This document shows positions 34,510-44,263 of a stretch of 64,000 nt of DNA, in pieces (the first letter of the stretch is position 1; each line of letters begins with the position of its first letter). Source of the DNA: Malacoraja senta (lineage: Eukaryota); assembly GCA_038087875.1 (NCBI GenBank), contig JAXLNO010003415.1, positions 62,001 through 126,000 on the forward strand, written 5' to 3'. The notes below the pieces were generated by a model, which saw only the letters and a program-made list of their open reading frames with translations, had not been told where the DNA came from and searched no databases. The position numbers were made by a program, and so were the translations under genes.

Positions 34510-36740
34510 ATGTCCACCATCAAGAATGTCTATCGTTCTATCCCTCGCCCTCACTTCGGTAAATGCGACCATACCGCGGTGCTGCTTCTTCCTGCCTACA
34601 GCAGCAATTATAGAGCGCACCCCCAGAGGTGAGGACAGCACAGAGCTGGTCGGGGGGGGGGGGGGGGCAGAGGAACAACTCCAGGGCTGTTTGGAGTCTG
34701 TAGACTGGGCAATGTTCAAGGACTCGGCAACGGACTTGAACGAATACGCCACAGTCGTTACATACTTCATTAAGAAATGTGTGGAGGACTGCATCCTTAC
34801 AAAAACCTTCCGAGTGTTTCCCAATCGGAAACCTTGGATGAACTTTGAGATCTGCACTCTTCTGAAGACCAGACGCCGGGCATTCATGTCTGATGATACA
34901 GTGGTCTACAAGAAGTCCAGATACGACCTTGGTAAGGCCATCAAAAAGGCCAAAAGGGACCTGCTTCAAACTGGAGGTTGAGACAGATGTTCGGCAGCTG
35001 TGGCGGGGCCTGAATGCAATCACCTCCTACAAGGCGAAACCAGGAGGCAGCTCGAATGTCGGCGAAACATCACTCCCTGATGAGCTCAATGCGTTTTACG
35101 CACGCTTTGATAGGGAGAACAACGATGTGCCTTGCCGAGCCCCCATTCGCTGTGATGGTATTTCAGTCTCAGTCACAGAGGCGGACGTCAGAAGATACTT
35201 CAGAGGGGTGAACCCTCGAAAAGCGCCTGGACCCGGTCGTGTTCTAAAAATCTGTGCGGACCAACTGGCTGGAGTTTTTACCGACATTTTGAACCTCTCA
35301 CTTCAGAGATCTGAGGTCCCCACCTGCTTTAAAAGGGCATCAATTATACCAGTGCCCAAGAAGAGTAAGGTGACATGCTTCAATGACTATCGACCAGTGG
35401 CACTAACGCCTGTGGTGATGAAGTGCTTTGAGAGGTTGATCATGGAGCAAATCAACACCTACCTCGACAAAAACCTGGACCCACTGCAGTTCGCTTACCG
35501 CCACAACAGATCAACGGTGGATGCGATCTCGCTGGCCCTCCACTCTGCTCTGGACCACTTGGACAACAAAAACTCATATGTCAGGCTGTTATTCATCGAT
35601 TACAGCTCGGCATTTAACACAATCATCCCCTCCAAGCTGGTTACCAAACTCGCAGAACTGGGTCTCTGCGCATCCCTCTGCAATTGGATCCTCGACTTCC
35701 TCACTCTCAGACCACAGTCTGTTCGTATTGGTGGAAATGTGTCAGACTCGATAACAATCAGCACGGGAGCACCTCAAGGCTGCGTGCTCAGCCCCCTGCT
35801 GTACTCACTCTATACTCATGACTGCGTTGCCGGTCATAGTGCGAACTCCATCATCAAGTTCGCTGACGACACCACTGTTGTGGGACGTATCACTGATGGG
35901 GATGAGTCAGAGAATAGAAGAGAGATCGAGCAACTGTCCATATGGTGCCAGCACAATAACCTGGCCCTCAACACCAGCAAAACCAAGGAACTGATTGTGG
36001 ACTTTGGAAGGAGTAGGATGGGGACCCACAGTCCCATTTATATCAACGGGTCGATGGTTGAAAGGGTCAAGAGCTTTAAATTCCTGGGCGTGCACATCTC
36101 TGAAGATCTTTCCTGGTCCGAGAACACTGATGCAATTATCAAGAGAGCACATCAGCGCCTCTACTTCCTGAGAAGATTACGGAGAGTCGGTTTGTCAAGG
36201 AGGACTCTCTCTAACTTCTACAGGTGCACAGTAGAGAGCATGCTGATCGGTTGCATCGTGGCTTGGTTCGGCAACTTGAGCGCCCTGGAGAGGAAAAGAC
36301 TACAAAAAGTAGTAAACACTGCCCAGTCCATCATCGGCTCTGACCTCCCTACCATCGAGGGGATTTATCGCAGTCGCTGCCTCAAAAAGGCTGGCAGTAT
36401 CATCAAAGACCCACATCATCCTGGCCACACACTCATCTCCCTGCTACCTTCAGGTAGAAGGTACAGGAGCCTGAAGACTGCAACGACCAGGTTCAGGAAT
36501 AGCTACTTCCCCACAGCCATCAGGCTATTAAACTTGGCTCGGACAGAACTCTTATCATTAATAACCCATTATCTGTTATTTGCACTTTATCAGTTTATTT
36601 ATTCACGTGTGTATATATTTATATTATGGTATATGGACACACTGATCTGTTTTGTAGTCAATGCCTTCTATGTTCTGTGTGGTGAAGCAAAGCAAGAATT
36701 TCATTCTCCTATCAGGGACACATCACTTGAGTTGACTTGA
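34510..36740 (+). mobile_element. Rex-Babar LINE, 5'-truncated; RT region open (ORF 34893..36740)
   Basis: [48 protein letters not shown] and KTKELIVDF motifs. Confidence 0.93.
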
Positions 36741-37434
36741 TATGGACAACATCAACACATGTCCTCCACCCTTCCTATCCCTGCATGTCCACTTTATCCT
36801 ATCTCTTTCTACCAATACTGCCAGACGTTATAAAACTGCAAGATGTCCAGCGCGGGACGGGACCACACACACCCGCACCCTCCCGGGCTGACTGACGCTT
36901 ATACTGAAAGCTTCAACCGATGTAGGCAAACATGTGGTTTATTTCTCTCTCTGTCGACTGGATTAAGAGGCAGGCGTTTGTTGCCTCCACGGCAGAGGCC
37001 ATTTTATATTCGGGTGAATAAATGTGGATTGTGAAGATAAAAAAGAGTCCAGTCTCAGTGACGGACTGCAAGCGCCGGGATTGTCACAAAACCACGGTGT
37101 TCATTGGTCTCCAAGGAGCGGGGACTGGCGTCTTCACCCTGTGTGAACCGGACCCGAGCACAGACCCTCCCGTGTTGGAACTGGGTGCCTCGGTGTTGGG
37201 AGACCGGCGCCAGGAGGACCGGACCGGACCCTTGTGTACGGGACCGGTTCCGTGTGTGAAGGGACGCGGTCCGTGTTAGTGAGTCGCGGGTGGGTTTCAT
37301 CCCAGATCCCGCATTGGGGATGTATCGTGTCTCGGGGATGTGCCTGGGCCGGGGCTCCGGGGCGGCGGGTTCACTGTCTCCCAGACACGTTACAATCTCC
37401 CGGTCCGTTCTCCAGCGCCCCGGGTTCAGTTGAC

Positions 37435-37730
37435 TTTAGTTTAGATACAGCGCGGAAACAGGCCCTTCAGCCCATCGAGTCCATGCCGACCAGCAATCCC
37501 CACACACTAACACAATCCTACACACACGAGGGACAATTTACAATTTGACCAAGCCTATTAACCTGCAAACATGTACGTCTTTGGAGTGTGGGATGAAACC
37601 GGCGATCCCCGGAGAAAGCCCACGCGGTCATGGGGAGAACCTACAAGCTCCGTACAGGCAGCAGCCGCAGTCAGGATCGAGCCCGGGTCTCCGGCGCTGG
37701 GAGGCAGAACTCTACCGCTGCTCCACCGTC
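37435..37730 (-). mobile_element. tRNA-derived HE1-type SINE (mirror at about 45900-46200)
   Basis: GGTGGAGCAGCGGTAGAG A-box, GGCTCGATCC B-box and shared tail. Confidence 0.8.
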
Positions 37731-37859
37731 CGCGCTCTCCCCCGTCACGGATGTCCCGGCATCTTCCCCACCCCCTCCCACGGCGCGTCCCTCTGCCCCT
37801 CCCGATGCACGTGACCCCCCCCCCCATCACCACTACAAGCAGCCACGGACAGACAACTG

Positions 37860-38352
37860 GAGAACACACTGGATTTTATTGAACATTTATGTCGCGACAG
37901 TAAAGCAGAACACGCCTCCCCCCCAGCAAAGACACATTCCCTGATCACCCCCCCCCCCCCCCACAGTCCACGGGTGGAAGTGTCGCCCCAACGCCAGGAT
38001 CTCCTCCCACTCCGTCCCCCGACCGGCTCCGGCCTCGGGTCAACCAGCGGCTGCAACGCTCCAGCTGTGATTCCCACCAGATGTTGATCGGGACTGTTCC
38101 CCCCTGAACCCGTCATTGCAGGAACATTGTGGGAAGCAGCAGCAGCAACCCCCCTCCCCAGCGCAGTCAGTAAATGAGCAGCGTCCCAGAGAGCGAAGCG
38201 CAAAGTCCAAATCACCAAATCAGCTGTAGATGCGCTCATTGCTCACCCATCACCCCACGATTACAGTCCACGCCCCCCCCCAAAGCAGAAAACCCCGTAA
38301 ACTTGTCCCGCTCTCCACCGACGCTCCTGTACCGGCGGCGGGACACGGCGGC
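37860..38352 (-). other. Putative 3' UTR exon of the left MHC class I gene (mirror at about 45286-45770)
   Basis: Strong acceptor CTCTCTCTCTCCCCCAG at 38353 and AATAAA at 37875-37880; inferred, with no transcript evidence. Confidence 0.45.
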
Positions 38353-38659
38353 CTGGGGGAGAGAGAGAGTTGGTTACAGAGCGACGCAAGCCCACCCGTG
38401 TAGCAGTAGTACTGACCCCCGCCCCCCTGCCGGGAATAAAACCCCCACTCCCCCAGCACCACAGGACAGTACAGCACAACAACAGGCCCTTCGGCCCACA
38501 CTGGCTGTGCCGACCATGCTGCCGACACCAACTATCTGTCTGTCTGCGCGTCACCCTCCCCCCCCCACCGCTCCCCACTTCTCCACGTGTCCATCCACAA
38601 GTCTCTTTAATGTCACTATCGTGTCTGTGTCGCCCCCATCCCCTCTATATTCAGCAATA

Positions 38660-39350
38660 ACACCACCCCCACCCCGGGAATAACTGCCCCCCCCGGAAAT
38701 ACCCACCCCTCCCCTTACTGGATATAATATCCCCCACCCCACCCCCCCCCCACACACACACACATCGCTGTAAATCACCTCGCCCCACAACGCGAAACCG
38801 GCAATCAAATCCACCTCCACCTTTGGAATAACCCCCTCCCCCACACACACACACACCGCAGCCCCCTCCCCCACGGATGTTTCTCCACCCCTCGCAAGGG
38901 GGAATGTAACTCACCGCTCCCCACCGGGAATTAACTGCCTCCCGGAAATGCCCACCCTCTCCTTACTGGATATAATGTCCCCCCCCCCATACACACACAC
39001 ACACAGACCCCACCCCGGGAATAACTGCCTCCCGGAAATGCCCACCCCCCTCCCCTTGCTGGATATAATACCCCCCCCCCCCGCACACACACCACAAATA
39101 CTCCTCCAGCACTGGAATAACACCCCCCTCCCCACCCCCCACACACACCGCTGGCATATCCCCACCCTACCCCCACGGGATGTAACTCCACCCCTCGCAA
39201 CGGGGAATTAAACTCACCGCTCCCCCAGCGGGAATAACCCCCCCCCCACGGTGATAATACCCCCACCCACAGGGAATTAAACTCACTGCCCCCTCCCTCC
39301 ACCAGAATAAACGCCACCCCCACAGGGGAATTAACCCCCCCCCACCCCGC
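38660..39350. repeat. Degenerate GC-rich intronic tandem repeats (cccgggaataactgcc...actggatataat...); mirror at about 44300-44970
   Basis: Recurring blocks of about 90-110 bp separated by C-runs. Confidence 0.7.
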
Positions 39351-39393
39351 CCGGGTGTGAGTTGTGAGGGGGGGGGGGGTCCCCGGTTCCTAC

Positions 39394-39441
39394 CTCAGGC
39401 TGGAGCAGAGGAGTTTGATGAGTTTTCCCCGCGCTCCGAGG
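39394..39441 (-). CDS. MHC class I heavy chain, last coding exon (TSERGENSSNSSAPA*)
   Basis: TTCCCTCCGCAG acceptor, phase 1, TGA at 39397-39395, then G|GTAGG donor; Ser-rich tail typical of class I. Confidence 0.85.
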
Positions 39442-39649
39442 CTGCGGAGGGAAGGAGCGACGTTACACGTCAACTGGCAACGCCGTGGGTGCAGTGAGGC
39501 GCGGACACGCGCACACGGTTACATGCGCGCACACGCGAGCACGGGGACGCGCACAGAGGTACGGGGACTCGCACGGACACGGTGGGGCGGTGGCGGGGAC
39601 GCGCACAGACGGTCACAGCGTAGAAACGTGAACAGATACGCAAAGGTCA

Positions 39650-39870
39650 CACGGACGCGCGCACACACACGGACGCGCGCAGACACACACGGACGCGCGC
39701 AGACACTCACGGACGCGCGCAGACATACACGGACACGCAGACACACACGGACGCGCGCAGACACACACGGACGCGCGCAGACATACACGGACGCGCAGAC
39801 ACACACGGACGCGCGCAGACACTCACGGACGCGCGCAGACACACACGGACGCACAGACACACACAGACAC
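39650..39870. repeat. 18-bp CpG-rich intronic minisatellite (ACACACGGACGCGCGCAG)n; mirror at about 43730-43995 with more units
   Basis: Directly visible tandem array. Confidence 0.9.
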
Positions 39871-39930
39871 ATTAACAATGTGTAAGACATGGTGTAACAA
39901 GGATGGAGCTGTGATTTGAGGACAACTTAC

Positions 39931-39960
39931 TCTTGGTGGGATTGTAGCCGCTCTTCCCCG
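39931..39960 (-). CDS. MHC class I heavy chain, cytoplasmic exon (AGKSGYNPTK)
   Basis: TTTTACAG acceptor, GTAAGT donor, 30-nt symmetric phase-1 exon, conserved tail tyrosine. Confidence 0.88.
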
Positions 39961-41233
39961 CTGTAAAACACAGAGACAGTTGGTGACGAGGACCCGCATC
40001 AGCTTGGTCTAAACACACAGATTCACCAGCTGCCCCGTCACCTCTCAACCCAATCACACAGCGGACACGGGCTGGGCTGTGACCGGGATGAGTGGGACAG
40101 GACGCAGGTCAGGGCTGGGCCCGGCCCCGACACCGGGACACCGGCTCCCCGACAACTAAACACCCGCACAGAGACCGCCCGGGGGGGGGGGGGGAGGGGA
40201 GGAGGCGGTCAAGGTGAAGGGAGAGGGAAATGGACGGAAGGGAGGGCGAGATGGGGCGGGGGGGAAATGGGTAGGTGAGGACGGGAGGGGTGGGAGGGAG
40301 ATGGAGGGGTGAGGGAGGACAAGGGGAAATGGGGGGACGGGGCGGAGGAAACGGGGGGACGGGGCAGGGAGGGGGAGTGAGGGAGGGGGCGGGTGGGGGA
40401 AAGGTGGGTGAAGGAGGGGCAGGGAACGGGATGGAGGGGAGGGTCGGAGGCGGGGAGGGAGTGTGGGAGATGGGGAGTGAGGGGAGGAGGGTGGTGAGGA
40501 CGGGGAGCGGGAGGGTGAGATGGAGGTTGAGATGCAGGTGGAGGAGAGGGGGAGATGGAGGGGGAGATTGAGGTGGAGGAGAGGGGGAGATGGAGGTGGA
40601 GATGGAGGTGGAGGAGAGGGGGAGATGGAGGGGGAGATTGAGGTGGAGGAGAGGGGGAGGGAGCGATGGAGGGGGAGGAAGGGAAGTCGGAGGGGAGGTC
40701 GAGGGGATATGGAGGGGAGATGGAGGGTGAGGGGAGGGGGAGAGATGGAGTTGGAGGAGTGGGGGGCAGATTGAGTTTTACTCGGTGTATCCGCCGGGTC
40801 AGGTCACGGGGTGGAGGTGCCCGGAGGATGATGCTGACATGCGGGGGCTGCAATGTGTTCTCTCTGCCCGAGGGGTGGGGGAGCAGAGACTCTCAGCCTG
40901 ATGGATGTCGGGCCGGAAGCTGTCAGGCAGAGAACCAGCGGCCCAGAGCCCGCAAATGGGAGCATTGTCCACGGGCCCCTGACGGGCAGACACAGACACG
41001 GTCGGCCGAAGGGCCTGATACTGTGTTGTCTGGACCCCCCCCCCCCACCCGCACTGGCTCTTGAATCAGGGAGAAAGAACGGAACAATGTGGCAGAAGGG
41101 GCGTGGGTCGGGGTGAGGTTGAGAGGCGGGGGTCGGTGGGAAGTTGAGGAGCGGGGGGCTACGGAGAAGATGCCCCTCCACTGTCTCTGGGGAGGGGGTG
41201 CTGGGGAGCAGCCCTGTGTCCCCCCACTCCTAC

Positions 41234-41338
41234 CTTGTTTCTTCTTCCAGTAGAAGACTCCCCCCACGGCCGCGGCCACCGCCAGGACCAGGACAACGAG
41301 CAGCGCGATGATCATCACGGTGCTGCCCGACTTGCGGT
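41234..41338 (-). CDS. MHC class I heavy chain, transmembrane exon (DRKSGSTVMIIALLVVLVLAVAAAVGGVFYWKKKQ)
   Basis: 105-nt phase-1 exon with AG/GT boundaries; hydrophobic helix followed by a WKKK stop-transfer. Confidence 0.92.
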
Positions 41339-41689
41339 CTGTCCCAGATTCACAAACAGAGGCGGATGAGAGACAGAGACCGGGGTCCCGGCTCCCCCTC
41401 CCCTACACCCTCTCACCTCCCCTCCCCCTCTCACCTCCCCTCCCCCTCGTCTCACTCACCCCCCCCGCCTACACCCTCCCGTCTCATGCACCCGTCCCAT
41501 TCTCACCCCTCCTCTCCCTCCCGTGCCGCCCTCAACTCACCCCACCTGCCCTCTGCGCTACCCCTCCCCTCACCTTCTCACCGGCCCCTCCCCTCCCCTC
41601 ATCCCCCTCTCAGAAATCAAACTCCTCCAATCTTCTGCTCTCCCCCTCCCTCTCCTCACCCAGTCCGCTCCTCTCCCTCCTACCCCTCT

Positions 41690-41846
41690 CCCCCCCCACT
41701 CACCTCCACACCCACCTCCCATCTCCCCCCCGCCCGCTCCCCCCCACTCACCTCCACACTCACCTCCCATCTTCCCCCCCGCCCGCTCCCCCCACTCACC
41801 TCCACACTCACCTCCCATCTTCCCGCCCGCCCGCTCCCCCACTCAC
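41690..41846 (-). repeat. 48-bp tandem repeat containing reiterated GTGAGT splice-donor motifs, immediately after the alpha-3 exon
   Basis: ACTCAC at 41698, 41746, 41758, 41794, 41806 and 41841. Confidence 0.9.
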
Positions 41847-42111
41847 CCAGGAAGACCTCGAGGGGCTCGGACAGCCCCGGGTGCTCCACACGGCAGGAGA
41901 GCTGGGTCCGGTCCCTCGGGCTCCACGTCGACCCAGCGGTGCTGCTGGAAGGTGCCGTCGTGGTTGGGCAGCGTCCCGTGGGAGCGGCTCTCATCCACGA
42001 CCAGGCCGTCCCGCACCAGGTTCACCTCGATGGAGCGCGGGTAGAAGCCCGTGGTGAAACACGACACGCGGCGGCCATCGGCCGACAGGAAGATGCTCAC
42101 TTCGGGCTGAA
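41847..42111 (-). CDS. MHC class I alpha-3 (Ig C1) exon with a +1 frameshift
   Basis: VQPEV..VSCFTTGFYPRSIEV..LPNHDGTFQ in one frame and LSCRVEHPGLSEPL in the next; AG/GT boundaries; 265 nt = 3n+1. Confidence 0.92.
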
Positions 42112-42175
42112 CTGTGGGGAGAGAGACAGTGAGGGGGGGGAGACAGTGAGGGGGAGACAGTGATGGGAGACAGTG

Positions 42176-42375
42176 NNNNNNNNNNNNNNNNNNNNNNNNN
42201 NNNNNNNNNNNNNNNNNNNNNNNNNNNNNNNNNNNNNNNNNNNNNNNNNNNNNNNNNNNNNNNNNNNNNNNNNNNNNNNNNNNNNNNNNNNNNNNNNNNN
42301 NNNNNNNNNNNNNNNNNNNNNNNNNNNNNNNNNNNNNNNNNNNNNNNNNNNNNNNNNNNNNNNNNNNNNNNNNNN
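42176..42375. other. 200-N gap at the centre of the inverted duplication
   Basis: Exactly 200 N. The other gaps are 15903-16123 (221), 29845-30168 (324) and 56641-57088 (448). Confidence 0.99.
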
Positions 42376-42389
42376 GAAGAAGAAACAAG
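42376..42389 (+). CDS. Second MHC class I gene, 3' end of the transmembrane exon (..KKKQ), emerging from the gap
   Basis: gaagaagaaacaag|gtagg is the exact mirror of 41234-41247. Confidence 0.8.
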
Positions 42390-43634
42390 GTAGGAGTGGG
42401 GGGACACAGGGCTGCTCCCCAGCACCCCCTCCCCAGAGACAGTGGAGGGGCATCTTCTCCGCAGCCCCCTCCACCCCCCCCCCCCCGCTCCTCAACTTCC
42501 CACCGACCCCCGCCTCTCAACCTCACCCTGACCCACGCCCCCCTCTGCCACATTGTTCCGTTCTTTCTCCCCGATTCAAGAGCCAGTGTGGGTGGGGGGG
42601 GAGGGGTGTCCAGACAACACAGTATCAGGCCCTTCGGCCCACCGTGTCTGTGTCTGCCCGTCAGGGGCCCGTGGACAATGCTCCCATTTGCGGGCTCTGG
42701 GCCGCTGGTTCTCTGCCTGGCAGCTTCCGGCCCGACATCCATCAGGCTGAGAGTCTCTGCTCCCCCACCCCTCGGGCAGAGAGAACACATTGCAGCCCCC
42801 GCATGTCTGCATCATCCTCCGGGCACCTCCACCCCGTGACCTGACCCGGCGGATACACCGAGTAAAACTCAATCTGCCCCCCACTCCTCCAACTCCATCT
42901 CTCCCCCTCCCCTTACCCTCCATCTCCCCTCCATATCCCCTCGACCTCCCTCCGACTTCCCTTCCTCCCCCTCCATCGCTCCCTCCCCTCCCTCCCCTCT
43001 CCTCCACCTCAATCTCCCCCTCCATCTCCCCCTCTCCTCCACCTCAATCTCCACCTCCATCTCCCCCTCTCCTCCACCTGCATCTCAACCTCCATCTTAC
43101 CCTCCCGCTCCCCGTCCTCACCACCCTCCTCCCCTCACTCCCCATCTCTCACACTCCCTCCCCGCCTCCGACCCGACCCTCCCCTCCATCCCGTTCCCTG
43201 CCCCTCCTTCACCCACCTTTCCCCCACCCGCCCCCTCCCTCACTCCCCCTCCCTGCCCCGTCCCCCCGTTTCCTCCGCCCCGTCCCCCCATTTACCCTCA
43301 CCCCTCCATCTCCCTCCCACCCCTCCCGTCCTCACCTACCCATTCCCCCCCCAACTCGCCCTCCCTTCCGTCCATTTCCCTCTCCCTTCACCTTGACCGT
43401 CCCTCCCCCCCCCCGGGCCGTCTCTGTGCGGGTGTTTAGTTGTCGGGGAGCCGGTGTCCCGGTGTCGGGGCCGGGTCCAGCCCTGGCCTGTGTCCTGTCC
43501 CACTCTTCCCGGTCACAGCCCAGCCCGTGTCCGCTGTGTGATTGGGTTGAGAGGTGACGGGGCAGCTGGTGAATCTGTGTGTTTAGACCAAGCTGATGCG
43601 GGGCCTCGTCACCAACTGTGTCTGTGTTTTACAG

Positions 43635-43664
43635 CGGGGAAGAGCGGCTACAATCCCACCAAGA
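43635..43664 (+). CDS. Second MHC class I gene, cytoplasmic exon (AGKSGYNPTK)
   Basis: Identical to 39931-39960 with intact splice sites. Confidence 0.88.
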
Positions 43665-44215
43665 GTAAGTTGTCCTCAAATCACAGCTCCGTCCTTGTTA
43701 CACCATGTCTTACACATTGTTACTGTGTCTGTGTGTGTCTGCGTGCGTCCGTGTGTGTCTGCGCGCGTCCGTGTGTGTCTGCGCGCGTCCGTGTGTGTCT
43801 GCGCGTGTCCGTGTGCGTCTGCGCGCGTCCGTGTGTGTCTGCGCGCGTCCGTGTGTGTCTGCGCGCGTCCGTGTGTGTCTGCGCGCGTCCCTGTGTGTCT
43901 GCGCGCGTCCGTGTGTGTCTGCGCGCGCCCGTGTTTGTCTGCGCGCGTCCGTGTGTGTCTGCGCGCGTCCGTGAGTGTCTGCGCGTGTCCGTGTGACCTT
44001 TGCGTATCTGTTCACGTTTCTACGCTGTGCCCGTCTGTGCGCGTCCCCGCCACCGCCCCACCGTGTCCGTGCGAGTCCCCGTACCTCTGTGCGCGTCCCC
44101 GTGCTCGCGTGTGCGCGCATGCAACCGTGTGCGCGTGTGTCCGTCCGGCCCTCCGCGCCTCACTGCACCCACGGCGTTGCCAGTTGACGTGTAACGTCGC
44201 TCCTTCCCTCCGCAG

Positions 44216-44263
44216 CCTCGGAGCGCGGGGAAAACTCATCAAACTCCTCTGCTCCAGCCTGAG
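44216..44263 (+). CDS. Second MHC class I gene, last coding exon (TSERGENSSNSSAPA*)
   Basis: Identical to 39394-39441; TGA at 44260-44262. Confidence 0.85.

Larger units (their letters stand above)
21537..41247 (+). repeat. Left arm of a large inverted duplication (19.7 kb)
   Basis: Colinear reverse-complement match to 42376-63381 (same TE order, unique sequence and exons). Homology starts at gcgacaacatagaac (21537) and ends at gtttcttcttc (41247). Confidence 0.97.

Noticed and set aside
41703-41846. Rescue of the alpha-3 frameshift by the cryptic donors (each adds 3n+2 nt)
   Set aside because: The arithmetic works, but the shifted frame hits TGA at 41845-41843 before any cryptic donor.
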